Below are positions 18,331-26,734 of a DNA stretch of 64,000 nt, piece after piece. Origin of the DNA: Candidatus Multivoradales bacterium (lineage in GTDB: Bacteria; Acidobacteriota; Thermoanaerobaculia; Multivoradales; JAHEKO01); the NCBI GenBank assembly GCA_965223855.1, contig CBDCXM010000009.1:384001-448000 (forward strand), in the 5' to 3' direction. Both the position numbers and the translations under genes were made by a program. Within the stretch, counting starts at the first letter, position 1, and the number at the start of each line of letters is the position of its first letter. The notes below the pieces were generated by a model that did no database searches, was not told the DNA's origin, and saw only the letters and a program-made list of their open reading frames with translations.

Positions 18331-21300
18331 TCACCGCTCGCCTCCGCCAAGCCAGTCCAGAATCGCCTGCTTCCCCTGCCAGGGGTCGGTGATCTCCAAG
18401 AAGCCCCAGCGCCCGAGACGCGCGTTGTTGACCGCCGGCACCCAGAGCGACTTCGCGGTATCGACCTTCACCTGCTTGTCCTTGCGCCTCTCGCCGCTGA
18501 CTTCGAGGACGAGGTGCAGGGGGTCGTCGTGGCCGCCCCCGTCGTCGATGCGGGCAATGAAGTCGGGCACATAGCTACGGGTGATGCCGCCGTCCGAGTA
18601 GGGGATGGTGAAGCCGAGGTTGTCGTTCTTGACGTACGCCTCGACCGGGTCGAGCTTCTCCAGACTCTGCGCCATCTTCTGCTCCCACGACTCGGTGTCG
18701 GCGACGACGTGGGAGACGTGGCACTTCTCCGGGTCCGTCACCCACACCGGCCGCCGGGTGTCGAATTCGACCCAGCGGGTCGAACCCTCCGGCTCGAAGC
18801 GCCGCAGGATCGGCAGCAGCACCGCGTCGTCCGCTGCGGCGCGGACGATCGAGCGGTAGATGCGGCCGGCCGCCTGGTGAGAGAGTTCGGAGAGCAGCAG
18901 CAACTGGGGAAAGACGTCGTCGGAGAGCACGAGACACTGTTCGCGCCACCGGCGGGCGATGGCGAGGATCTCCGGGAATCGCCACGCCTGGACCGTCTCC
19001 GGCGCGACGTCGCCATCCTCCTCCTCACCCTCGACGCCGCCGCGGAAATAGCGCTCCAGCACCCGGCGGGCCAGTTGGAAATCGACCTCGGCGAGGCGGC
19101 GCGCCTTGAGGTCGTCGAGCGTGTGGATGGCGCTCTCGCCGACGATCGGCGCGTTCTCGACCTCGGTCGGCACGTCGCGAGTCGACAGATGGAGCACGGC
19201 GCCGTCGTCGAACTGCGCCTCCAGTCGCTCGGACGGCAGCTCCCAGCGGTAACCCTCGAGGCGGGGGAAGGCGATCTCGCACTCGGCACGATCGGGCAGT
19301 GCCCTCACATGAGTCGGCTCGACGTCCGGCTTCGGATCTTCGATCGAGCCCGAGGTGGGGATGAACGAGAACGGCACGCCGTAGACCTCGGCGTACTCGG
19401 GGCTGAACTTCCTCTTCTCGTTGAGGGCGTAGCTGCGCCGTCTCAAGCCGCGGCCGATCACCTGCTCGCACAGGAGCTGAGTGCCGAAGGCGCGCACACC
19501 GAGGATGTGGGTGACGGTGCTCGCGTCCCAACCCTCGGTGAGCATCGACACCGACACCACGCACCGCACCCCCTCGCCGAGCTTGCCTTTCTTGCCGACG
19601 GTGTTCATCACCTCGCGCAACAGGTCGGAGTCGGTGAGCTGGTCGGGGTCGCGACCGGGGAAGCGTGCGCGGAATTCGTCCTTCCACTCCTCGATCTCGT
19701 GCGCCATCAGCTTCTTGAACGCCGGCGCGAGGGCGTCGCCCGATTCGAGCTGCTCGCTGTCGATGAGCACCGTGTTGGGGCGCGCCCGCCAGCGGGCGGG
19801 GGAGCCGGCTTCGACGTTGTCAAAGAGCGCCAGTTTGCCGGGGACGAGGACCGATTCGCCCTTCCTGACCTGTTTCTCCCAGCCGGAGATGTAGTCGTAG
19901 ACGAGCTTCGACACCGCGGTGTTGTTGCAGACGACAATGAAAACCGGCGGCGTCGAGCCTCCGGAGCGCTCCTTCTCCCCCGCCTCCCAGGCGGCGTAGT
20001 GCTGCTCGTAGTGTCCGTAGAGGCTCTGGAGCGCCCCTTCCAGCTCAGCCGGCAGGTCGGGTTCAGTCGGAGTGGCGCCGGCGGTGCGCCCCTTCTTCGG
20101 CAGGTCGTCGCGGATCTTGGACCACAGCTCCCGGTAGGTCGGCAGAGGGCCGGTCATCGAGTCGTCCGCCACCGGCACGCGCGGCACCTTCACGAGCCCC
20201 GCCTCGATGGCATCGATGAGCGAGAAGTCGGACACCACCCAAGGGAAGAGCGTCCCTTCCGAGTAGCCGGAGCCCTTGAGGAAGAACGGCGTCGCCGAAA
20301 GGTCGTAGATCGCCCGGATACCGATCTTCTTCTGGATCGCTTCGAGACCGGAGATCCAGACGTGCGCCTTCTTGCCTTCGCGCGTCGCCTCGGCGCGCTC
20401 GTCGCGGGTGAGCTTCTCCTTCTTCGCGGACTCCTTCGGCCGGTAGCAGTGGTGCGCCTCGTCGTTCAAGACGACGATGTTCTTCTTGCCGCCGAGATCG
20501 CGCAGCACGCGGCGCACCATCTGGTCGGGAGTCTCGAGGAACGGGCTCTCTTCGCTCCCCCGGGTGAGGATCGCCTTGGTCAGCCGCGCGGCGTCGCCGG
20601 TGTCGCGGCGGATGAACCTGTGGAAGTTGACGATCTCGATCTTCGCCCGATGGAGCTGACCGCGCAGCTCGGGCGGCACCAGGTTCCACCTGCCGCCGTA
20701 GTAGTTCTCGGCGTCGCCCGGCAGCAGCACTCGCAATCGGTCGCGCACGGTGATGCCCGGGGCGACGACGAGGAAGGCGTCGGAGAAGCGCTTGTCCTGC
20801 GGGTTGGCGATTTTGTTGAGCGCCTGCCAGGCGATGAGCATCGCCATGATGAGCGTCTTGCCGGAGCCGGTCGCCATCTTGAGGGCGAGCCGGTAGAGGC
20901 CGGGGTTGGCCCCCTCGTTGGCCTCACGCAGCTCGTTCTCGATCCAGGCGTCCCCTTCCCTCCTGGCCGCCTCGGCCAGGTAGATCGCCGTTTCGAGCGC
21001 TTCGCGCTGGCAGAAGAAGAGGCGCGGCTCGCGGCCGGTGTCGTTCCAGTGCTCGAGCAGCCGGCGGGTGGTCGGCGTCACCCCCGGATAGTCGCCCTGG
21101 CGGAAGCGGGCGACGCGGGCGCGAACGCGGTTGATGAAGGCGTTCTCCTCGACCCGGTCCGAGGTCCATTGGGTCTTCTCGAGCTGGAGCTGCTTCTTTC
21201 CCTTCTTCTTCGTCGGCGCGATCGGAATGAAGTACGCGCTGGTGCGCCGTGACTCGACAATCTCGTCGGTGATTCCGTCTTCGCCGAAGCGGAAGTGGCG

Positions 21301-21357
21301 ATCCGGCTCCTCGTAGGGGGTGTTGAGGATCGGGTTCGGGATCGTGGTTGGGGGCAT
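18331..21357 (-). CDS. res: Type III restriction endonuclease Res subunit (SF2 helicase plus PD-(D/E)xK nuclease)
   Basis: Start MPPTTIPNPILNTPYEEP. KMATGSGKT (Walker A), LNDEAHH, LSATP, MLTEGWD, EQVIGRGLRR; C-terminal YVPDFIAR...LVLEVSG. Confidence 0.92.
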   Translation of the reverse strand: MPPTTIPNPILNTPYEEPDRHFRFGEDGITDEIVESRRTSAYFIPIAPTKKKGKKQLQLEKTQWTSDRVEENAFINRVRARVARFRQGDYPGVTPTTRRLLEHWNDTGREPRLFFCQREALETAIYLAEAARREGDAWIENELREANEGANPGLYRLALKMATGSGKTLIMAMLIAWQALNKIANPQDKRFSDAFLVVAPGITVRDRLRVLLPGDAENYYGGRWNLVPPELRGQLHRAKIEIVNFHRFIRRDTGDAARLTKAILTRGSEESPFLETPDQMVRRVLRDLGGKKNIVVLNDEAHHCYRPKESAKKEKLTRDERAEATREGKKAHVWISGLEAIQKKIGIRAIYDLSATPFFLKGSGYSEGTLFPWVVSDFSLIDAIEAGLVKVPRVPVADDSMTGPLPTYRELWSKIRDDLPKKGRTAGATPTEPDLPAELEGALQSLYGHYEQHYAAWEAGEKERSGGSTPPVFIVVCNNTAVSKLVYDYISGWEKQVRKGESVLVPGKLALFDNVEAGSPARWRARPNTVLIDSEQLESGDALAPAFKKLMAHEIEEWKDEFRARFPGRDPDQLTDSDLLREVMNTVGKKGKLGEGVRCVVSVSMLTEGWDASTVTHILGVRAFGTQLLCEQVIGRGLRRRSYALNEKRKFSPEYAEVYGVPFSFIPTSGSIEDPKPDVEPTHVRALPDRAECEIAFPRLEGYRWELPSERLEAQFDDGAVLHLSTRDVPTEVENAPIVGESAIHTLDDLKARRLAEVDFQLARRVLERYFRGGVEGEEEDGDVAPETVQAWRFPEILAIARRWREQCLVLSDDVFPQLLLLSELSHQAAGRIYRSIVRAAADDAVLLPILRRFEPEGSTRWVEFDTRRPVWVTDPEKCHVSHVVADTESWEQKMAQSLEKLDPVEAYVKNDNLGFTIPYSDGGITRSYVPDFIARIDDGGGHDDPLHLVLEVSGERRKDKQVKVDTAKSLWVPAVNNARLGRWGFLEITDPWQGKQAILDWLGGGER

Positions 21358-21504
21358 GGATCGAGTTTGCGGAATCGCAACGAGGAAGTCTCGTTGGCGT
21401 TTCGGCACATCGGCAACCGAAGAAGAGCTTGCGGCGAAGCTAACAAAGGGCCGCTCACCGCGTAAAGAAGAGTGCTGCGTGGCGACGGCTCGCGGCTCCG
21501 CGAC

Positions 21505-21513
21505 TGCTACCAT
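21505..21513 (+). promoter_or_regulatory. Extended -10 element upstream of the griD-like gene
   Basis: TGCTACCAT about 60 nt before the ATG at 21573. Confidence 0.45.
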
Positions 21514-21572
21514 CGCCGACCCGGGCATCCGGCCGGGTACCCTCTTCTCCCCATACTCGAGGTCGATCACCG

Positions 21573-22997
21573 ATGCTCCATATCCCTCTGCTCCGCGCCG
21601 GCAAGCCCTATCGCAGCCTCGCCGTCCGCACGCTGACCGACATCCGCACCGGCGAGCCGGTGGTGGAGGTCTCGCAGGCCAACGCCGGGCTGCTGGCCCG
21701 CGATCTGACGCGCGCGGCGGAGAACCAGCAGCGGCTAGAGCGGCTCTCGGTCGACGAGCTGCTCGACATCTGTTCGCGAGCCGCCGCGGCGCTGGCGGAA
21801 GACGAACTGCCGATCGGTGACGAGATGCAGTCGCCCGAGCGCTACCTCGAGCAGGTTTCGGCCACCACCGGCCTGCCGCAGGCGATGGCGCGTGCCAATC
21901 TCGGCAAGGCGAAGTTCGTGCTCGAGGAGATGCGCACCGTCCTTGGCGGTCTCACCCGCGGCCTCGACGCCGACATCCTCGACCGTGGCTACGGCGAGCA
22001 GGACGGGCGGATCCTCTCCTACCGCCGCGAGACGCCGGTGCTCGGCGCGGTGCTGCCGTCGAACTCGCCCGGCGTGCACTCGCTGTGGCTGCCGGCGATC
22101 CCGATGAAGGTGACGCTGGCGCTCAAGCCCGGGCGGATGGAGCCGTGGACGCCGTATCGCATCGCCCAGGCGTTCATCGCCGCCGGCTGCCCGCCCGAGG
22201 CGTTCGGCTTCTACCCGACCGACCATGCCGGCGCCGGCGAGATCCTGCAGCGCTGCGGACGGTCGCTGCTTTACGGCGACGCCGCGACGGTCAAGCCGTG
22301 GGAGGGCGACCGCCGCGTGCAGCGCCACGGTCCCGGGTGGAGCAAGGTCGTGCTCGGCGAGGACGGCGCGGTCGACTGGGAGGAGCACCTGCCGCTGATG
22401 GCCGACTCGGTGGCCGCCAACGGCGGGCGTTCCTGCGTCAACGCCTCGGGCGTCTGGACTGCGGCTCAGGGACGCGAGATCGCCAAGGGGCTCGCCGGCG
22501 CGCTGGCGAAGATCGAAGCGCTGCCGCTCGACCATCCCGAGGCCCGGCTCGCCGCCTTCCCGAGCATCGAAGGCGCCCATCAACTCTCCGACTACATCGA
22601 CGCGCGACTGGCGATCCCCGGTGCTGAGGACGTGACTGCCTCCTACCGCGACAGCCGGGTCGTCGAGGTCGACGGTTGCGCCTTCGTCCTGCCGACCGTC
22701 GTCTACTGCACCGACCCGGAGCACCCGCTGGCGCGGGCCGAGTTCCTGTTCCCCTTCGTCAGCGTCGTCGAGCGGCCGGCGGGCGAGCTGGTGGCGGATC
22801 TCGGCGAGTCGCTGGTGGTGACCGGCCTCACCGAGGACCCGGCGCTGCGGCAGCAGCTCCTGACGGCGCCGCACGTCGAGCGCCTCAACCTCGGCGCCCT
22901 CGGCACCCACCAGGTCGCCTGGGACCAGCCGCACGAAGGAAATCTCTTCGAGCTGCTCTACCGGCAGCGGTCGTTCCAGGCCGCCGCCGCGGTCTGA
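21573..22997 (+). CDS. EhpG/GriD-like aldehyde-dehydrogenase-fold acyl reductase
   Basis: LPSNSPGVH, LKPGRMEPWTP, HGPGWSKV in place of the canonical ELGGK, NGGRSCVNAS catalytic Cys, EFLFPF, QPHEGNL. Confidence 0.8.
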   Translation: MLHIPLLRAGKPYRSLAVRTLTDIRTGEPVVEVSQANAGLLARDLTRAAENQQRLERLSVDELLDICSRAAAALAEDELPIGDEMQSPERYLEQVSATTGLPQAMARANLGKAKFVLEEMRTVLGGLTRGLDADILDRGYGEQDGRILSYRRETPVLGAVLPSNSPGVHSLWLPAIPMKVTLALKPGRMEPWTPYRIAQAFIAAGCPPEAFGFYPTDHAGAGEILQRCGRSLLYGDAATVKPWEGDRRVQRHGPGWSKVVLGEDGAVDWEEHLPLMADSVAANGGRSCVNASGVWTAAQGREIAKGLAGALAKIEALPLDHPEARLAAFPSIEGAHQLSDYIDARLAIPGAEDVTASYRDSRVVEVDGCAFVLPTVVYCTDPEHPLARAEFLFPFVSVVERPAGELVADLGESLVVTGLTEDPALRQQLLTAPHVERLNLGALGTHQVAWDQPHEGNLFELLYRQRSFQAAAAV

Positions 22998-23025
22998 GCG
23001 CGGATCTCGACGGGTCGAAGCGACG

Positions 23026-24291
23026 ATGAGCGTTCCCGAGGGGCCTGTATCCGGGGGCCCGGTTTCCGAGGACTCGGCGTCCAGTGATCCGGGGCCCGAC
23101 AGCTCGGGGCTCGAGCCCACTGCGAGCCCTGCGGCGGCCAGCTCGCTGGACCCGCTCTCGGAGTGGACCCGTCGCGTTGGCGGAATCGAGGTGCGCTTCG
23201 GCGAGGGGCGGCTGGCGGAGCTCGGCGAGGCGGCCCGCGAGTTCACCCGGACCCGCGTCCTGCTCGTCACCGATCCGGGGCTGGTGGCGGCCGGCCATCC
23301 GGCGCGCGCCGAGGAGGCGCTCACCCGAGCCGGTCTCGACGTGACGACGTTCTCCGCCGTCAATGCCAACCCGACGGAGGAGGACGTCGCTGCGGGAACC
23401 GAAGTCGCTCGCGGGCGGTCTATCGAACTGATCGTCGCCCTCGGCGGCGGCAGTGCCATGGACTGCGCCAAGGGAATCAACTTCCTGCTGACCAACGGCG
23501 GGCGGATGGAGGACTACTGGGGTCGCGGCAAGGCGACGCGGCCGATGCTGCCGTCGATCGGCGTGCCGACGACCGCCGGCACCGGCAGCGAGGCACAGTC
23601 CTACGCCCTCATCACCCACGCCGAAACCCATCGCAAGATGGCCTGCGGTGACGAGAAGGCGCGCTTCCGGGCGGTCATCCTCGATCCGTCGCTGCTGCCG
23701 ACGGCGCCACGCGCGATCGCCGCAGCCGCCGGCATGGACGCCCTGTCGCACGCGCTCGAGAGCCTCGTCACCACGGCGCGCACCGAGCGCTCCGGCGAGC
23801 TCTCGCGCCGCGCCTGGGAGCTGCTCGCTCCGGTCACCGACCGTCTCGACCCGGGCGACTCCACAGGGCGACTGCTGGCCGACCGCTCCGACCGCGGACC
23901 GGCCGCCCTCGGAGCCTTCCTCGGCGGCGCCGCCATCGAGCAGTCGATGCTCGGTGCGGCCCACGCCGCCGCCAACCCGTTGACCGCCCGTTTCGGGGTA
24001 CCCCACGGCGAGGCGATCGGCCTCACCCTGGCGCCGGTGATCCGGGCGAACCGCGAGGTTGCCGAGGTGCTCTACAGGACCCTCGACCCGGGCGGCGCCG
24101 AGGCGCTGGCGACCCATGTCGAGACGACCCGCGACCGGCTCGAAATGCCGCAGTCGCTTTCGGTGTTGGGCATCTCGAAGCACGATCTGCCGGAGCTCGC
24201 GGCCGCTGCGACGCTCGAATGGACCGGCACGTTCAACCCGCGGCCGCTCGAGGCACAGGACTTCGAGGAGATCTATGAACAGGTTTTCTAG
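23026..24291 (+). CDS. Iron-containing alcohol dehydrogenase
   Basis: ALGGGSAMDCAK, PTTAGTGSE, GMDALSHALES, GAAHAAA, PHGEA. The low-complexity N-terminus makes the start uncertain. Confidence 0.9.
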   Translation: MSVPEGPVSGGPVSEDSASSDPGPDSSGLEPTASPAAASSLDPLSEWTRRVGGIEVRFGEGRLAELGEAAREFTRTRVLLVTDPGLVAAGHPARAEEALTRAGLDVTTFSAVNANPTEEDVAAGTEVARGRSIELIVALGGGSAMDCAKGINFLLTNGGRMEDYWGRGKATRPMLPSIGVPTTAGTGSEAQSYALITHAETHRKMACGDEKARFRAVILDPSLLPTAPRAIAAAAGMDALSHALESLVTTARTERSGELSRRAWELLAPVTDRLDPGDSTGRLLADRSDRGPAALGAFLGGAAIEQSMLGAAHAAANPLTARFGVPHGEAIGLTLAPVIRANREVAEVLYRTLDPGGAEALATHVETTRDRLEMPQSLSVLGISKHDLPELAAAATLEWTGTFNPRPLEAQDFEEIYEQVF

Positions 24292-25393
24292 ACCGATCGC
24301 CGCCACGATCGTGCTGCTCGCCGCAGGGGCGTCCCGGGCAACCGCGGCCGACTGGCCGCTCTTCCGCGGCGACTCCGCCCTCACCGGCGTGGCTCGCGAG
24401 GTGCTCGCTCCGCCGCTCGACGTCGTGTGGAGCTTCACCATCGACGAAGGCTCGGAGTCGAGCCCGGCGATCGCCGGCGACCGCGTGTTCGTCGCCGGTC
24501 TCGACGGCGTGCTCCGCGCCCTCTCTCTGGCCGACGGGACCGAGCTGTGGAGCTACGCCACCGAGGACGAGATCAAGTCGTCGCCGTCGGTCTTCGGCGA
24601 CACGGTCTACATCGGCGACGAGGGGGGCGTCTTCCACGCCGTCGACGCCACCAACGGTGAGAAGCGGTGGAGCTACGCCACCGACGGCGGTGTGATCTCG
24701 TCGGCCAACCAGGTCGGCGACGTCGTGCTCTTCGGCTCCTACGACCAGTACCTCTACGCCCTCGATGCCGCGACGGGCGAACTCCGATGGCAGGTCGAGA
24801 CCGACGCCCAGGTGCATGCCACCCCGGCGGTTCACGACGGCCTCGCCTACATCGCCGGTTGCGACGGCCAGTTCCGGGGCATCCGGCTGGCCGACGGCGA
24901 GCAGGCGACGACCATCGGTCTCGGCGGCTACGTCGCCGCCAGCCCGGCGATTCTCGGCGAGCGCGCCTTCGTCGGCAGCTTCGAGAACGAGGTGCTGGGA
25001 CTCGACCTCGGAACCTCCGAAGTCGTCTGGCGTTACCGCCACCCCGACAAGAGCTTCCCCTACTACGCCTCGCCGGCGATCACCGACGAAGTGGTCGTCA
25101 TCGGCGGCCGGGACAAGTTCGTTCACGCCATCGACCCCAAGAGCGGCGAAGCGCGCTGGACCGTCGCCATGCGGGCCCGGATCGACGTCTCGCCGGTGAT
25201 CTCGGGCGAGTTGGTCTACGTTGGCGACAAGTCAGGCGACCTGCTGGCGCTGTCGCTCGCCGACGGCGGTGAAGTGTGGCGCTTCGAGACCGGCGAGGCG
25301 CTCGGCACCTCACCGGCGCTCGCAGACGGTAGGCTGGTGGTCGTGACTCTCGACGGAACCGTCCTCGCTTTCGCACGTAAGAAGACACCATGA
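24275..25393 (+). CDS. Secreted PQQ-like/BamB-like beta-propeller protein
   Basis: ATG at 24275 after a GAGGAG RBS, signal peptide, DWPLFRGD, very regular SSPA...LYALDAATGELRW blades. Confidence 0.88.
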   Translation: MNRFSRPIAATIVLLAAGASRATAADWPLFRGDSALTGVAREVLAPPLDVVWSFTIDEGSESSPAIAGDRVFVAGLDGVLRALSLADGTELWSYATEDEIKSSPSVFGDTVYIGDEGGVFHAVDATNGEKRWSYATDGGVISSANQVGDVVLFGSYDQYLYALDAATGELRWQVETDAQVHATPAVHDGLAYIAGCDGQFRGIRLADGEQATTIGLGGYVAASPAILGERAFVGSFENEVLGLDLGTSEVVWRYRHPDKSFPYYASPAITDEVVVIGGRDKFVHAIDPKSGEARWTVAMRARIDVSPVISGELVYVGDKSGDLLALSLADGGEVWRFETGEALGTSPALADGRLVVVTLDGTVLAFARKKTP

Positions 25394-26724
25394 CCGAGCC
25401 CGAACCGGCAACCGCCGGCACCCCCTCCGCAGAGACCGAAGTCGGCAGCGTCTTCGTCTCCAACTACCCGCCGTACTCGGCGTGGAGCCGCGACCACCTG
25501 CCGGAGCTCGACAGGGTGCTGGCCGCTCCGCCCCGGCCCGACACGCCGCTCGGCCTCTACCTCCACATCCCGTTCTGCCGCAAGCGCTGCAAGTTCTGCT
25601 ACTTCCGGGTCTACACCGACAAGAACTTCAACGAGATCGGCGCCTACGTCGACGCCCTGGCGCGCGAGATCGAGCTCTACGCGCCGTCTCCGGCGATCGC
25701 CGGGCGCAAGCCGAAGTTCGTCTACTTCGGCGGCGGCACACCCTCCTACATCAGCGCCAAGCAGCTGGTCGCTCTGGTCGAGCGGGCCCAGCGCGCGATT
25801 CCCTGGGACGAGGCCGAGGAGGTGTCGTTCGAATGCGAGCCGGGGACCCTCTCCGAGGGCAAGGTCGAAACGCTCAAGGAGATCGGCGTCACTCGACTGT
25901 CGCTGGGCATCGAGAACTTCGACGACGAGATCCTGCGCGAGAACGGCCGAGCGCACCTGTCGCACGAGATCGACCGCTGCCTGCCGTGGATCGCCGCGGC
26001 CGACTTCGACCAGCTCAACATCGATCTGATCGCCGGCATGGTCGGCGAGCGCTGGGAGACCTGGCGCGAGACGGTCGCCCGCACCGTCGATCTCTCACCC
26101 GACAGCGTGACCATCTACCAGATGGAACTGCCGTTCAACACCCGCTACTCCGGACGCCTCCTCGAGGAGGGGACGCTCGACGTGCCGCTCGCCACCTGGG
26201 ACGACAAGCGGGCGTGGCACGACTTCGCGATCGAGGAGCTCATCAAGGCGGGCTACGAGATCTCCTCCGGCTACACGATGGTGAAGTCGAAGGCGCGCAC
26301 CCGCTTCGTCTACCGGGACTCGGTGTGGGAGGGGTGCGACCTGCTCGGCACCGGCGTCGCCTCGTTCTCGCACCTCTCGGGCGTGCACTTCCAGAATCTC
26401 GACGGCTGGGGGGAGTACCTCGCCACCGTCGGCGAAGACCGCCTGCCGCTCGGCCGCGCGCTGCCGACGACCGAGCGCGACCGGCTGGTGCGCGAGACGA
26501 TCCTGCAGCTCAAGCGCGGCCGGCTCGAGACGGCGCCGCTCGAAGCGAAGTTCGGGGTTTCGATCGCCGAGACGTTCGCCGAGCCGCTCGCAAAGCTCGC
26601 CGCGGACGAGATGCTCCAGGTCCACGACGGCGCCATCGAGCTGACCCGCAGGGGGCTCTTGCGCGTCGACTCTCTCCTTCCCGCTTTCTACGACGACTCC
26701 CATCGGGGACGTCGCTACACCTAG
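25390..26724 (+). CDS. HemN-like radical SAM enzyme
   Basis: LYLHIPFCRKRCKFCYF (CxxxCxxC), YFGGGTPS, RLSLGI, NIDLIAG, HemN-type C-terminal LTRRG. Confidence 0.9.
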   Translation: MTEPEPATAGTPSAETEVGSVFVSNYPPYSAWSRDHLPELDRVLAAPPRPDTPLGLYLHIPFCRKRCKFCYFRVYTDKNFNEIGAYVDALAREIELYAPSPAIAGRKPKFVYFGGGTPSYISAKQLVALVERAQRAIPWDEAEEVSFECEPGTLSEGKVETLKEIGVTRLSLGIENFDDEILRENGRAHLSHEIDRCLPWIAAADFDQLNIDLIAGMVGERWETWRETVARTVDLSPDSVTIYQMELPFNTRYSGRLLEEGTLDVPLATWDDKRAWHDFAIEELIKAGYEISSGYTMVKSKARTRFVYRDSVWEGCDLLGTGVASFSHLSGVHFQNLDGWGEYLATVGEDRLPLGRALPTTERDRLVRETILQLKRGRLETAPLEAKFGVSIAETFAEPLAKLAADEMLQVHDGAIELTRRGLLRVDSLLPAFYDDSHRGRRYT

Positions 26725-26734
26725 AGGACTTCAC

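Noticed and set aside
21358-21570. 70-aa N-terminal extension of Res given by the ORF track
   Set aside because: The family-like sequence starts at MPPTTIPNPILN (21357); the extension covers the divergent promoter region.
13660-21572. att sites or target-site duplication flanking the defence block
   Set aside because: Only trivial similarity (TACTAGGA vs TACTCGAG); no recombinase gene.
12590-22997. lux bioluminescence operon (LuxE/LuxC) or phenazine cluster
   Set aside because: No luxA/B/D and no phz core genes in the window; the motifs fit the EhpF/GriC and EhpG/GriD type better.
23026-23170. Low-complexity Fe-ADH N-terminus with a GPVS duplication
   Set aside because: Probably a disordered extension or a start-site uncertainty; no evidence of function.
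5137-25393. Calling the propellers BamB or PQQ alcohol dehydrogenases, and the cluster PQQ biosynthesis
   Set aside because: No der/yfgM context, no quinoprotein catalytic motifs, and no pqqA-E. The radical SAM enzyme is HemN-like, not SPASM/PqqE-like.
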